Shown here piece by piece: positions 26,948-38,250 of a stretch of DNA of 64,000 nt (position 1 is its first letter; each line of letters begins with the position of its first letter). The notes under the pieces are model-generated. The model ran no database searches. It was not told the origin of the DNA and was given only the letters and a program-made list of their open reading frames with translations. This DNA comes from Raillietiella orientalis (Eukaryota). A program made the position numbers and the translations under genes. The stretch lies in the NCBI GenBank assembly GCA_036172245.1, contig JAYWIR010000001.1, forward strand, positions 6,944,001-7,008,000. Direction: 5' to 3'.

Positions 26948-29900
26948 CTGCCGAGAAAAGAAAAGGCTTAGGGGGCAATTGCGAGGTTGGATGGGGGGTG
27001 TCATCTCTCCTGGAAAGCCGCTTCCGGGACGGAGACGACTCCTTCCCTCTACAGGGGCGCTGGGAGGTCGGCATCCGAGGAAGAACCAAGCCACGCAGCG
27101 ATCCCGTGTCTTGCTCAGAGAAAGGGGGGGAAGACAAGGTGGAACCCGGAAGGGAGGGGAAGCGCGAGGTGGCATCCTTCCCAGCATCCTCACCAATCTG
27201 ATTTCGGTCTTTTTCCCGCGGAGCGTTTCCTCGGAGGCAGAGGCGAGGTGGGGAGAGGAAGGGGCGTAGGAGGACGCGGAAGAGCAGGATGAGGAGCGAA
27301 GGGTTCACTTTCTCCTCCACCTCCTGCCTCCTGTCCTCGCGTCCTTCGGAAATCCCCACCACGAGGGGCGGCGCTACCATCGCGCAAAAGCCACTCCCTT
27401 TTCGTTACTACGCCCCTGGAAAGGAGGGGCGCAGGCGCAAAAAAAGGGAAAGGAAAAAAAAGAAAAAAAAAGCCAACACGGGAGGAAAAAATGAGCCTAT
27501 AAGTCCCGCTGATTGGCGAAAGGGGAGAAAGGAGGCGGCGATTGCGCGTGGAGGCTCGCGCGCCGGGAGTGTCACTCGGAGTTTCGCGGGGGAATGGGGG
27601 AGGGAAGAGAAGGGTCGATACTCGTCTGATCCCCTTCCTTACCTCATGGGAGAGGGGAAGAGGGCCAAGAGCCGCCCTCCCGATCTACGCTGCCGGGAGC
27701 CCTTGCCCACCTTGCCCGGGAGAGGATCTGAGATGGTTGGTGCCATGCCGACGGAGGCTCGAAGTTTCCCCTTCGGTCAACGGGGGAGGAACGGGAGAAG
27801 GAAGGAGCAGTGAGATCGGGAAGGAGAGGAGGGGATCGTCCGGACTTCCAGAGGGTGTCTGATCGGTCGCTGGAAGCGTGCGCACCCCCTTCCCACCCCA
27901 CACCCTGAGGGAATGCACGGGAACGTGGAAGGGCCTCCCGTCCCTCTCCCCTTGCCGCGCGCGCCTTCTCCCGGTCTCCCGAGAGGTCGCGTATGGCTGC
28001 AGGCGCAAGGGACGTCCCGGACCACTCCTTGCGGCAGGGGCGGGGCTCACAGGGACTCTTCCCTGAGCTCCGTCTTCCGCAACCGGGTCCGCGGGTCCCA
28101 ACTCTCCCAGCTCTGGATGCACTCGCGGGAGCGGCCAGGGTTGGCAGGGGGCAGGGAGCTAGAAGCTTCTCCCGGGAGGGCTTCAACCTCCTTCGTTTGC
28201 CGCAAGCCGCCTTCTTGACCAGTGCTCTCTTCCTTTTCTTACTGTCCCCGACGCCTCGACGGCTTCCCGCTATGCTCGCCGGTGTGCCTGCCAGAGGATG
28301 CGGTTCCGAGGGGTCGCCAGGAACGGGAGGGAGGAGGTCACAGGAAGGCTTTCCGGTGCTCCCTTCTGTCTCCTCGCTCCCCCTCACCTTTTCGGCACCC
28401 CGGCGAGCGCGCCAGCCATTGGCGGCTGCAGCACATTCATTGGAGGCGCGTCACAGTGCCCGTTGTCGAGCAACCGAGTTGGAGGGTGGTATCCAGCACT
28501 CCGGCACGCGCCTGCCGGGATGAACCGGACTGTTGCCGCCTCCGAGGAGGGAGGATCGCCCTCCATGTCCTCTCTTGGGCGCTTCCTTCTCCTCCCCTCC
28601 CAACCTCCTGCGGGTTGCGTGGAGACCAGCGAGGAGGCTCGCGCTTGGAAGTGACCCCGAGACCTGACGCCCGAGCGCCCCGCAGGCCGGTCAGGGCGAG
28701 CAGGACCGTACGCGTGTTCCAGGCGGCCCTCTGGGATAAAATGAGAGGAAGGGGGCAAGTCGGGGACTGACGCCGAGTCAGGTCACGGGACTCCGCTCCC
28801 TCCGCAGCAGCCCGGCGGCGCGAGAGGAGGTCGCGCCCTCCTCCTGCAAGGCAGGACTCGCTCCCCCCCCGTCCTTAGAAGGCGGAACGCTCGCGCCGGG
28901 GGACCTACCTGGTCCAGCTGCTGATCCGACATGGCCTTCTCCTTCGCCTGCCTCTTGCACTTGTAGCGATGGTTCTGGAACCAAATTTTGACCTGCAAGA
29001 GAGATGAGCGCGGTGAGAGACCCTGGGGGAGCGGCTATTCCCTCCCTACCCTCTCTTTGCCAGGAGGAGGCTCCTAGGCGCGCCGCCCTCCCTGCCCCTT
29101 TGTCCACCTGGGAAGAGGACGGGCACCCCTAGCCCCCCCCCCCCCAGGGAGCCGAGGAAAGGGCGGAAGGGTTCCTTGTTCCTACCTGTCCGCTCCCCTT
29201 CCGGGACAGGGAGAACCCCGCCTCCATGGCTTCCATTTTCCTCTCCCCTCCTCTCCCCGCCGACTCCGTCCCGTTCCGCGGGAGGGGAGTGCCAGGCGCG
29301 CGCCGCCTCCCGCCCCGCGGTTGAGTTCCGGACAGAGGTCCGGTGGGACTCGCGCGTCCCTCCACTCCCCCGTCAGCCCTCTCGCTAGCAGTTGAGGGAC
29401 TCGGTGAAAGGGGAATGCGGCGCCGCCGGGAGAGAGGGGACGGGAGGAGGGATGCTCCTTTTTCTTCCCTCTTTTCCTTTCTTCCTGGTACGGGTTCTCC
29501 GGGAACCGTCTGGCGTTCTCCTCTCTCCCCGCCTCTGCTTGCGATAGCCGGGATGAGCGGAAAGAGCGGTAAGAGGGAAGAGTGAGAAGGGAGCGGAGAA
29601 CGCCGGGGTAACAGCGTTTCCCCCTCGCCGATTTCACGCCCTCTGCGTCCCGCGTCCCGGAGAGCTGCTGCTTCTTCATCTCCGTTGGACCGCGCTTTCG
29701 AGCGCGCGTTGCCAAGGACGACGGGCGGGAGCGAGTCGGACTCGTCGACCGCCCTCGCCCCCGTCCGGGAGTGAGGGAGAATGAGAAAGGAAGAAAAGGA
29801 GGGGGGAAAGGGAGGGAAGTTGGGAGGAGACCCACGAACGGGTCCTCCCCGCTTCCCTCTTTCTTTCAGAGGGGGGGGGGGCCTCTCGGGAGAAAGCGGT

Positions 29901-32900
29901 CCTCCTGGATGGAGGAGGTGGAGGGGGGGAGGGAGGGAGAGGAGTCAGAACGTCGCTCCCCTCGGGCGCGGAGGGCGGCGGCGAGCAGCTCAGGAGAGGT
30001 CAAGACGGAACGCAGGGAGAGATAGGGTGGAGGAGGCAACGTCGGGGTAGGTGGGATGGCAGCGGGTCGTCGCGCTCGCCCTCGTGGCCGTTCGCCCTTC
30101 CTCTCCGAGCCCCCGGTGTCAGCCCTGAAGTCTCTCCCGTACCACCACTCCTGTCGTCTCCCTCAGAGGGAAGCGCCTCCCTTCTTCCCTTCCTCCAGGC
30201 CCCTCCCTCCCCGCTTTCCCCCTGCGGGGGAGGGGCCCACTCCCCCTGCACCTACCTGAGTGGGGGTGAGGTGGATGAGGCTGGCCAGGTGTTCCCTCTC
30301 TGGCGCCGACAGGTACTTCTGCTGCTTGAACCGCCTCTCCAATTCGTAGACCTGGATGGGGGTGGAAGGGGCCGAGCTGGGGAGCACCCTCGCCTCCCTC
30401 CCTCACCTGCGCCTGGGTGAACAGCACCCGCCGCTTCCTCCTCTGGACCAAGGGGAACTGCATGCCTTTGTTGTCGGCCACGTTGCACGAGGAGAAGGGC
30501 CCCACGTTCCCGATGTTGCCCACGTTCACGTTGACCGCCGATGCCGAGGCGCCCATGAATCTCGTTACTAGGAGACGGGGAGGAAGGGGGGAAACCACCC
30601 TATCAGACTGCCCTTACGGATGTGGGTGGGAAGGCGAGGAGGGGAAAGAAAAGGGGGATCAGGGCAAGGCAGGAAAGGGCTCGCGCGGCTGCTGCTGGTC
30701 TCGGACCCTGAGCCGCTAGTCGGGTCGGGGCCTCTTCCCACCTCCTCTCTTTTGCCCCGGCACACGGCTAGAGCCGAGGACGAGGGTGAAAAGGAGAAAC
30801 AGGGAGCGAGGCGGGCAGAGGAAGCAAAGAAGGGCCCTTTCGGCCCCAGCTGCCTTCCACCATCGAGGTCGCTTCCCTTCCATTGCTGGAGAGGAGGAAG
30901 AAGGGGGAGAAGGAAAGACACCCCTAGTCCTCGGGGTCGGGGACCGATCTTTTCCCTGCCCGTAGGACTCGCGGGAACCGGAGGATTGGCAGCCCTCCCG
31001 GGTTCCCCGCCCCGTGTCGCTGCTTCAGTCTTTTCCCTCCCGGATCCACTCTCGCGCCCTTAACGCACCCTCGTGAAGGGGAGGGGCAGGGAGTCCCAAT
31101 CCCGGAAGCTCACGGGGGCGTTGCCTGCGCCCGTTTACCCCACTCGTCTGCGGGCAGGAAAGGGGGCGCCGAGGAAGAAAAATAGGTGGGGAGTCCAGGA
31201 GCAGGATGACGTCCTCTCCCCTTTTCTCTCCCCGTCCGTCCCGGGCAACCGAGCTCCCTTTTCCGAGTTCCCGCACCGACGCTCCTGAGGGCTTTCCAGG
31301 AGACAGGAAACGAGCCCTTCAGAAGAGGGGCGAAGAAGGAGGGGAGGAGGAAACGGGACCTCCCTCCGCCCCGCCCTTCCTCTCTGCGGGGCGATGCCGT
31401 CGAGCCCTCAGAGGGAGCCAGTCGGTACCACGCGCGCTCGCCGGTCCGCCCCTGAGGGTTCGTTCCTCTGGGAGTGAGTCGCTCCTTCCTCGACTTCTCC
31501 CCGGAGGAATGGGACGCGACTGGGAGGAGAGTCGGCCGACGCTTTCCCGGAGCCCTCCGTCGTCAGGGGAAGGCAGGGCTGCTCCTGGTCGCCTCCAGGA
31601 GGCAGGAAGATGCACGGAGGGAGGGGGGGAGCGGGGCTCATCTTCCCGTCCCATTTCTCTCTCCCTCCCCTCCCGTGCTTCCTCCGTTTCCTGGGAACCT
31701 CTGGAATCTCCGGGACTTCGCCTCGCCACGCGGCGAAGAAAGCAGCGGGGGAGGAGGGGAGAAGCGAAGCCGGAAGGGGGCGGCGTCCCGGACGCGTCCC
31801 CGTCGGCGTGCCGGAAATTCCAGGAGCGGGAATCTGTCCCGGACCGCATCGAGACTGGGGCTTCCCTAATTCGATTATCCGGTCAGGAATCCTCTGGTCC
31901 GCCTCCTGCCGCCTCTGCCTTTGTAGGGGAGGTGGGGCAGCGCGCGTGTCCCGCCCGACCCCTTCCGCCCGACCCCTTCTTGCGCGCCCATTGTGACGCC
32001 AAGAACCCCCGAGGAGCCTATCCTGCGCGCAAATCCGGGACAGCCCTCGTTTCCAGGCGAGCGCGCCCTCTCAAATCCCATAATCCCAACGCTCCCCGCC
32101 TCCCCCTCCGGCCGTCCCGCGCGCGAGGTCTCGTCTGTGGGGAGGGAGGACTGGGATCCGGGGCATAAGGGGGCTTCTTTTTCCTGCCCCCCTCGCCGAG
32201 CACCCCTTCCCCCTTCCCTGGAGGTCAGGGTGCCCCGCGACGCTGTCACGGAGAGGGGTGAGGGACCGGATGAAGGAGCAGGGGTGAGGTAGGACCCTCG
32301 CGAGCCCTAGAAGCCTCTCTCCCGTTCCTGCAGAGCGAACGCGTCCCCACCTTAGGTCTTCCCCGACTCTCCCGAGGGACAAAGGGTGGGAGCAAGAACG
32401 GCTGGTCCCACTAGCGGAGGACGTCTGTGGGGTCGTTCCTCTCCCGGGCAGAGAGCTCATCAGGGTGGGAGGGGGGCCTTTCCTGAAGTGGGTGAAATTC
32501 CTCGACTCCTCCCTTAGGACGCGCTCCAGGATCTTCCCCTTCGTCCACTTAGGGGAGGAGGGGAAAGGAAATTTGCGAGGGCTTGCGCGGCCCCAGGAAG
32601 CACCTGGGCAAGGACCGGCTGAAAAAAGAGGGCGTGGAGTCCTGGAGTCACTTGCTATTCGATCCCCCGGGCAGCCTCGAGCTGGCCCTCCAGGGCGTCC
32701 GGGAGGCTGTCCTGAGGCGAGAAGGGGGTAGTGGTGGAAGACAGCCAGAAGCCCTCATGTAGCGGAGGGGAAGAGTGGAAGCGCCAAGGACCGGGTAGGA
32801 AGGAGCGGTTCCCGGCCCTGGGGAACCGCATCTCGACCGACGCTGTCCCATCTGGAAGTGCTGGGGGCGACTTAAGGAGGAGATGCGGTGAAAGGGAGGG

Positions 32901-33967
32901 GGGATCGGAGTTCCCGGAAGAGGGAGCGGAGCAGCCGGGGTGGTCCCATCCGACACCTTTTCCTGGTTCTCCCATCCCTCCTTCCCCTCAGAGTTCCTCT
33001 CTGGCAGATGCCCGGGAGGGCGAGGGGAATCCAGTCCTCGGTCCCTGCGCCTACTCGCCCCTCTGCGTCCTCCCCGCTGAGGGCGGGGGCGGCGGGGAGA
33101 GAGAGAAGGGGGGAGAGTTCTCGGACGAGCGGGTTGAGGGGCCAGGCGCGGGACCTCGCCCCGCCCTCGCGTCCGTTTAGAGTGGGGTCAGGGGCTGAGG
33201 GGGGTGGGCTCGGAGCGGCACCTGCCATCTCCAGGGCGTATGCAGCTGGCAGTCGGGGCGAGGGCGCCCCGTCATCCGCAGGGCACTGCGTAGGGGAAGG
33301 GGAGGAAGAAGGGGCCGTCTAGAGCAGGAGGCAACTGGGGCGTGGGGTATGAACGGGGGTCGCGAGCGCGCGCGCAGGCCTTACTTGAGGAGAGCCGCGG
33401 GTCTGCATTGGCCGTGGGACCGTACCAGCCCGCGGCGGCGGCGTTCCGGATGTCCCCGTAGTGGGCGGAGAGGTGATCGGCGGTGCCGCAGCACTGGGGC
33501 GGGAACGGGGGTCCGTGGTGATGGTGGTGGTGGTGGTGGTGGTGGGGTGGGAACTGCGGGACGTGCATGTGGGCGTAGGGGCTGGAGGCGGCCACGGGCG
33601 CGCCCATGCCGGTCGCGGGCTGGGAGCAGCGGTAGGGAGGGCTGGGGCTAAAACCGTCGAAGGATGGCTTGAAGCGGAACGACTCGTCCACGTAGGGGCT
33701 GAGGATGTCGGTCACCGAGAACGGGGTTGAGTGGAGGTACTTGGGGCTGAGGGTCATCGCCGCCCGCGGGTCGTGGAAGTCGTCCGGGGGGGTCAGCAGG
33801 TCGGCCCTGCACCCGGGGGGACCCACCTCCCTAGCAGAGGGGTGGTGGTCCACGTCCGTTGCTGAGCCTCCTCCTCTTCCTCCTCCTCCTCCTCCTCCTT
33901 CGGCCGGTATCCTGGAGATCTGCACGGCTGCTGGGGGCGGGGGCGCGCCCTGGTGCTGCACGTGCAT
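26624..33967 (-). CDS. scro: NK2.1/scarecrow-class homeobox transcription factor (NKX2-1/NKX2-4 family), 5 coding exons, 415 aa (345 aa from ATG 33757)
   Basis: Exons 33967-33385, 30567-30407, 30351-30256, 28992-28909, 26947-26624, all GT-AG and in phase. Motifs: TN/eh1 [42 protein letters not shown]; homeodomain [60 protein letters not shown] with the NK2-diagnostic Tyr54; then KEKAM as in arthropod scro. The last exon is less certain. Confidence 0.93.
28909..28992 (-). CDS. scro: NK2.1 exon 4 (homeodomain helix 3)
   Basis: Acceptor TCTCTTGCAG, translation [28 protein letters not shown], donor CAG/GTAGGT. Confidence 0.95.
30256..30351 (-). CDS. scro: NK2.1 exon 3 (homeodomain residues 13-44)
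   Basis: Acceptor CCCATCCAG, translation [32 protein letters not shown], donor CAG/GTAGGT. Confidence 0.97.
30407..30567 (-). CDS. scro: NK2.1 exon 2
   Basis: Acceptor CCCGTCTCCTAG, translation (I)[15 protein letters not shown]...[20 protein letters not shown], donor CAG/GTGAGG. Confidence 0.95.
33385..33967 (-). CDS. scro: NK2.1 exon 1 (TN/eh1 motif, His10 run)
   Basis: Encodes [11 protein letters not shown] and GWYG..DPR; phase-1 donor A/GTAAGG at 33384. The start is ATG 33967 or ATG 33757. Confidence 0.9.
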
Positions 33968-34335
33968 GGGAGGGGGGCGCCGGCCGCCTTCCTTCCCGCC
34001 GCCGCCGGCTCGCTCGCTCCCTCCCCCCCTCCTCCTCTTCCTGGCGCTGCCTCGAGTCGCCTCCTCCTCTTCCTCCTTCTCCCCCGCGCCCGGTCGCGAC
34101 CGAGGGGGGGCGTCTCTTCAGCTGGAGGAGGCCCCCTGGGGGGGAGCGTCCCCACGCGAAGAGGGTCCGGGGTGGTTCGACGCCGCTGCTGCCTCCGCCG
34201 CTGCTGCTGCTGCTGCTGGCGCCGCCGCCGGGCGCTGGTCCAGCGTCAACGCGCACGCGGGTGGCTGCCGCCGTCGAGAGCGCCGCACTCTGCACGCGCG
34301 CGCGTCCCCGCCGACTGCCTGGCCGTCGCCCCGAC

Positions 34336-34576
34336 GGGGCGGAAGCGGCGGCCCCCGGACGGCGGGAGGGAGCCGTGCGACACCCTCTGATTGGTCCCGC
34401 CGGAGAAGCGCCCTCTAGCGGAGGAGAGATCCGGAGGGCGGAGCCTGCCGGTCTCTCCCGGCAGCGCTCGCCAGGACGCCGCGTATTGGCTGGAAGCAAG
34501 CGGCGGTGGGAGGGCCTGCGTGCCCTGCTATGGCCAATCGCAGATCCGCAGACGGCGCGCCGCTCCCAGCGATTGG
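34336..34576 (-). promoter_or_regulatory. Probable NK2.1 proximal promoter (4 CCAAT boxes, GC/ETS box, CTCF motif)
   Basis: CCAAT at 34390-34394 (GACCAATCAG on -), 34485-34489, 34534-34538 and 34572-34576; GGGGCGGAAG at 34336-34345; CCGCTAGAGGGCGC on - at 34408-34421. The cluster lies 370-610 bp upstream of the first ATG. Confidence 0.55.
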
Positions 34577-36929
34577 ATTCCCCCCCCCTCGCCATCTCCC
34601 CCCCTCCTCCTCTTCCTCTTCCGTCGCTGCCGTCGCAACTTTTTCTCTTTGCCATTCTTCCGTGCAAGGGGGTCCGACCCCGACTCGAAAGGAGATGCCT
34701 GGGGAACCCTACGTCTCCTTAGCCCTCCCCCCCACCACCACTCGGAGTTGCCTGCGACACCGCTCGCTGCGCCCCCTGGGAGGGGAGCAACAGCGACTGA
34801 AGGAGAGAACCGACGGGCCACCTCCGAAGTGGCTGACCCCGAGGGTGCTTTTTTTTTTCACACCCGGAGGGAGGGAGGGGAGCACCGGCCCATTCCCCCC
34901 CCACTCACCCATCCCTCTCCCGAGGCTGCCGGGTCGTTGAGGGACGGCCGCCGTTCGAGGACTTGCGAGAATTGTTTTCTCTCTCCCCCGCGGGAGGAGC
35001 TCTCCCGGAGACGGAAAGAGGAAAGCAGAGGGGAGGAGGAAGAGGAAAAGCCACCGCCGCCGCCGCTTGATTTACGGGTGGCGCGCGCGTCCCTCGGGAA
35101 GAGCCCCCTCGTCTCCCTTTCCTGGCTGCGAAGGGGAGTCCCTGGCGCGTTCGGATCAGCGTGCGGGGGAAGGAAAAAGGACAACCGGGATGGGAGCGTC
35201 GCGCGCCGTCCTGTCAGGACCAGCTGCCGTGACTCCTCCGAGGATGCTCCCCCTCTCCTGCCTCTTCCCGGAGAGAAGAAGGGGGAGGAGGAAGAGGAGG
35301 GGACGCGTCCCTGAGATCGATCCGAGGCGGGAGCGGAGACGCAGACTGCCCTCTCGCGGGTCGTCCTGGGCGCCGGGAGCGGAAGGGGGAGGAGAGGAGA
35401 ACTTCCCCGCGATTCCTCGGTTCCCGGTTGCTTCCCGTTCTTCCCCTCCGTGCAGGAGGGAGGGGGATTCCCTAGGGCGACCCAGGACGGATCGGGTGCT
35501 TCGAGGGGCACGCCGTCGCCCGCAGGCCCGGAGCTCGTGGGCAGCTGACGAGGAGGGCGAGGGGAGGCTAATCACCATCATTTCTGGCATCCGCTCACCG
35601 CGTGCACGCAATCTCGGAGGTCCCGCCGAGCTCTGGGCCGGACGGGCTCTCCCCTGGATAAACGCGAGGGGGCCTGACATAGATCTCCCGCGAGATCTCC
35701 CCGAGTCAGCGGAAGAAAGGCGAGGCAGGCGGCGACAGCCGACTGCGTTGGCGACGGGCGCTCCCGGGACCGAAGACGAGGCGGGACCGGGATTCTCGCC
35801 TCTTCTCTCCCCTTCCAGGTGGAGTCACGCTCCTCCGGCCCTGAAGCGGCGAGCGCCCACGGGGAGGTGACCGCCTCCCTCCCCCCTTCTGATTTCCGTA
35901 TCCCTCTCAGCGGCAGCTCGGCTAGGGACAACCCCGGGCAGTCCAGGGGAGGTGGGGTCGCACCGCGGCCCTCCAACAGCAAGTTTGGAAGGGCGGGGGC
36001 AGGGGAGATCTCGACTCGACCCGCGCCTTCCCACACCGCGTGCAGCCCTGAGGGACCCTCAGGGCGTTCCCCCTGGAGACGGGCGGGGCAGAAGGGGCGG
36101 CTCACGCGTGCGTTTCCGAGAAGGTTCTGACGTCATCCCGGAACCGTCCATCTCCCGCGAGGGATTACGGCTGTGTCCGGAAGGTCGCCGGGCGCATAGG
36201 GAGCGCCCGTAAGTCCTGCAGGGCAGCACAAGGGGGGAGGGGACGACGCTGATCTTCGTTGTTTCCTCTGTCCGTGCGCTGCTGCGAGTGGCGGGCAGCA
36301 GTGACTGCCGGTCGCGTCGTGGCATCCCGTGGTTTCGAGGGCGCTTCCCGAAAGCCGGGACGAATGCGCGGGAAGGGGGGGATCAAGGGCGCCTGCAGCG
36401 ACGGGAACTCCCCCCTTCCTTCGCACTGTCGGTTCGCCCACCACCGCGGCCACCCCGAAGTTCCCCCCCCAACCTTTCCCGCGCGCGCCTTCCTGCGTCA
36501 GGGGGGAGGTGGGGCGATGAATCGGCAGATCCGCCGGGCGTCCGCCCTCTCACGGAGCGGGCAGGCGCGATACGGCGTGGTCCGTCCAGGGAAGGAGAGG
36601 AGGGAGAGGAGAAGAGGGGGAGGGGAGAAAGGAGAAAACAGCTACCCTCCTCCGCCTCCTCCCCCTCATCGGCCAGCGGGGCGGCCAGGTAGGGTCCGTT
36701 TCTCTCGTTGCTCCTCGAGGGGCCACGTGGCAGCAGCTTCCCTCGAGAGCCGGCAGACGACACCCTCCATCGCCCCATTACTTCGCACCTCGGAGATCCG
36801 AGAAGCATACTCCCATCCGGGAGTGCTCAGGGGCCATTTATTTGCGGTGTTCTGCCGGGAGAGGGCAGGGCAGGACCTGACATCTGCCAGCGCGTGGCGG
36901 AAGCTCCCACACTCCTCCGGATCCGAGTC

Positions 36930-38250
36930 CTACCGGAGCGGGTGGAAGGGCCGACGGACGAGCGAGAACAGGGAGGAAAACCCCCCTTGCGGCGAGGGTC
37001 GAGGTCCCCGAATTGCCGAGTCAGGAAGGGCGGCGGAGGCGGGCTGTTCATCCGGCGGCAGTGCTCGTGGCAGTACCCTTCCTCATGTTGGTGGCGCCGC
37101 CACACGTGGAAGACACGGGTGCCGGCTAGGAAGACAGTCAATGGGCGCGAAGAGAGGCGATGCTTCTTCCTAGGGGGAGAAAGCGTCCAAGAGGCATCTC
37201 GCACGGGTACACCCCCTCTGCACGTCCTTCGCTGAGCAGAGGAGGGTGCACCGTGCGCCGTCAAGATAGAGGGGTGGGAGATGCGGCGAGGGGAAGGGTG
37301 GGCGGCGCAACGATCGGGAGACTTGGGGGAGCTACAACGGCTCGGAAATGCTTCCCGGAGCGTCTCTCTTCCTGGAGGAAGCGTCGCCTCTCTTCGCACT
37401 CACCGACCGCCTTCCTCGCCGGCCACTCACCGACCTCCACCTTCCTCAGGCGGCGGTGCCATCTACGGGAGCTCCCAGTTGCCACGAACTAGCAGAAAGT
37501 TCCCTCCTCTTCTTCTACGAGATGTCCCGAGCAATCAGCGCGTGGAAGAGGAATCGACGTGAGGTCACGACCCTTTGACCATTCCCGGAGACTTCACGGG
37601 GTTGCCCCCGTTCGTTAGAGTCCTGAATGGAGGATGGGATCTTTCTGGTGAAAGGGAGCGGCCGAGAGCATTCCTGCGAACAAGGCGATCGGGCGCTCCT
37701 GATCTCAGAAGTCCCTCCGTGACCTCTGCCCTCCATCCTGCGTGGGGACTCGGCAAAGAGGCTGCCCTCTTGCGCCGATGCTCCGAGATGCCACAGGACC
37801 CTCGCGGGGGCTGCTCGGCTCCCTCGCTGCCGGTGCCCCTTTGAGAACCGATGGGACGCCGGTTCCACGGGACCACGGGACCGCCCGCGCAAAGGAGAGG
37901 GAAGGAGACCCCTGAGAAAGGTCATCATGACGGAGCTCGCTTATCCTCTGGGAAGCGTCCTCCTTTCGAATATCCCAAAGCCGGATGGATGTGTCTGGAG
38001 GACGCTGAGATGACCACTTCCACATCCAGCAGGTCATCGAGGTGTCCTCTTATTCCTGGAGACGGTCACGTGCGGCTGCGCGCCTGTCGAAGGGGCGGCA
38101 GCACGCGCCCCGCGGAGACCAAGTAGGAGAGGAGCAGCAGCTTCGAAGACGCTTCCAGCTTCAGGCGTCGGGTAGGGTCCACCCCATCGCCCCATCCAAC
38201 ACGTGGAGAAAGGAGAGACGGGAGGTTCCCGAGGAGTGGTTCGCCGAGCA
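36930..38250 (-). mobile_element. Decayed RTE-like LINE, RT core to C-terminus
   Basis: Collinear frameshifted motifs, each with the RTE pattern it resembles: VGWGDGVDPT (VRQGDxLSP), HLDDLLDVEVVISASS (LxDLDFADDxxLLS), LWHLGASAQEG (FxYLGSxxxxDG), EIRSARS (EIxxRI), LFHALI..GNW, KVEVGEW (RLEAFEMW), HCRRMN...RRKGGFP (GHxxRM...RxxGRP). Recognised by eye. Confidence 0.5.

Noticed and set aside
29110-29130. VPVL on the minus strand as a candidate NK2-SD
   Set aside because: It lies in intron 3, before homeodomain helix 3, follows a stop codon and lacks KDGKP.
37960-38050. WD40-like peptide GH...SASS/DTSIRLWDIRK on the minus strand
   Set aside because: It needs a frameshift, is a single short repeat with no splice context, and the same bases fit the RT motif-5 region of the collinear RTE relic better.
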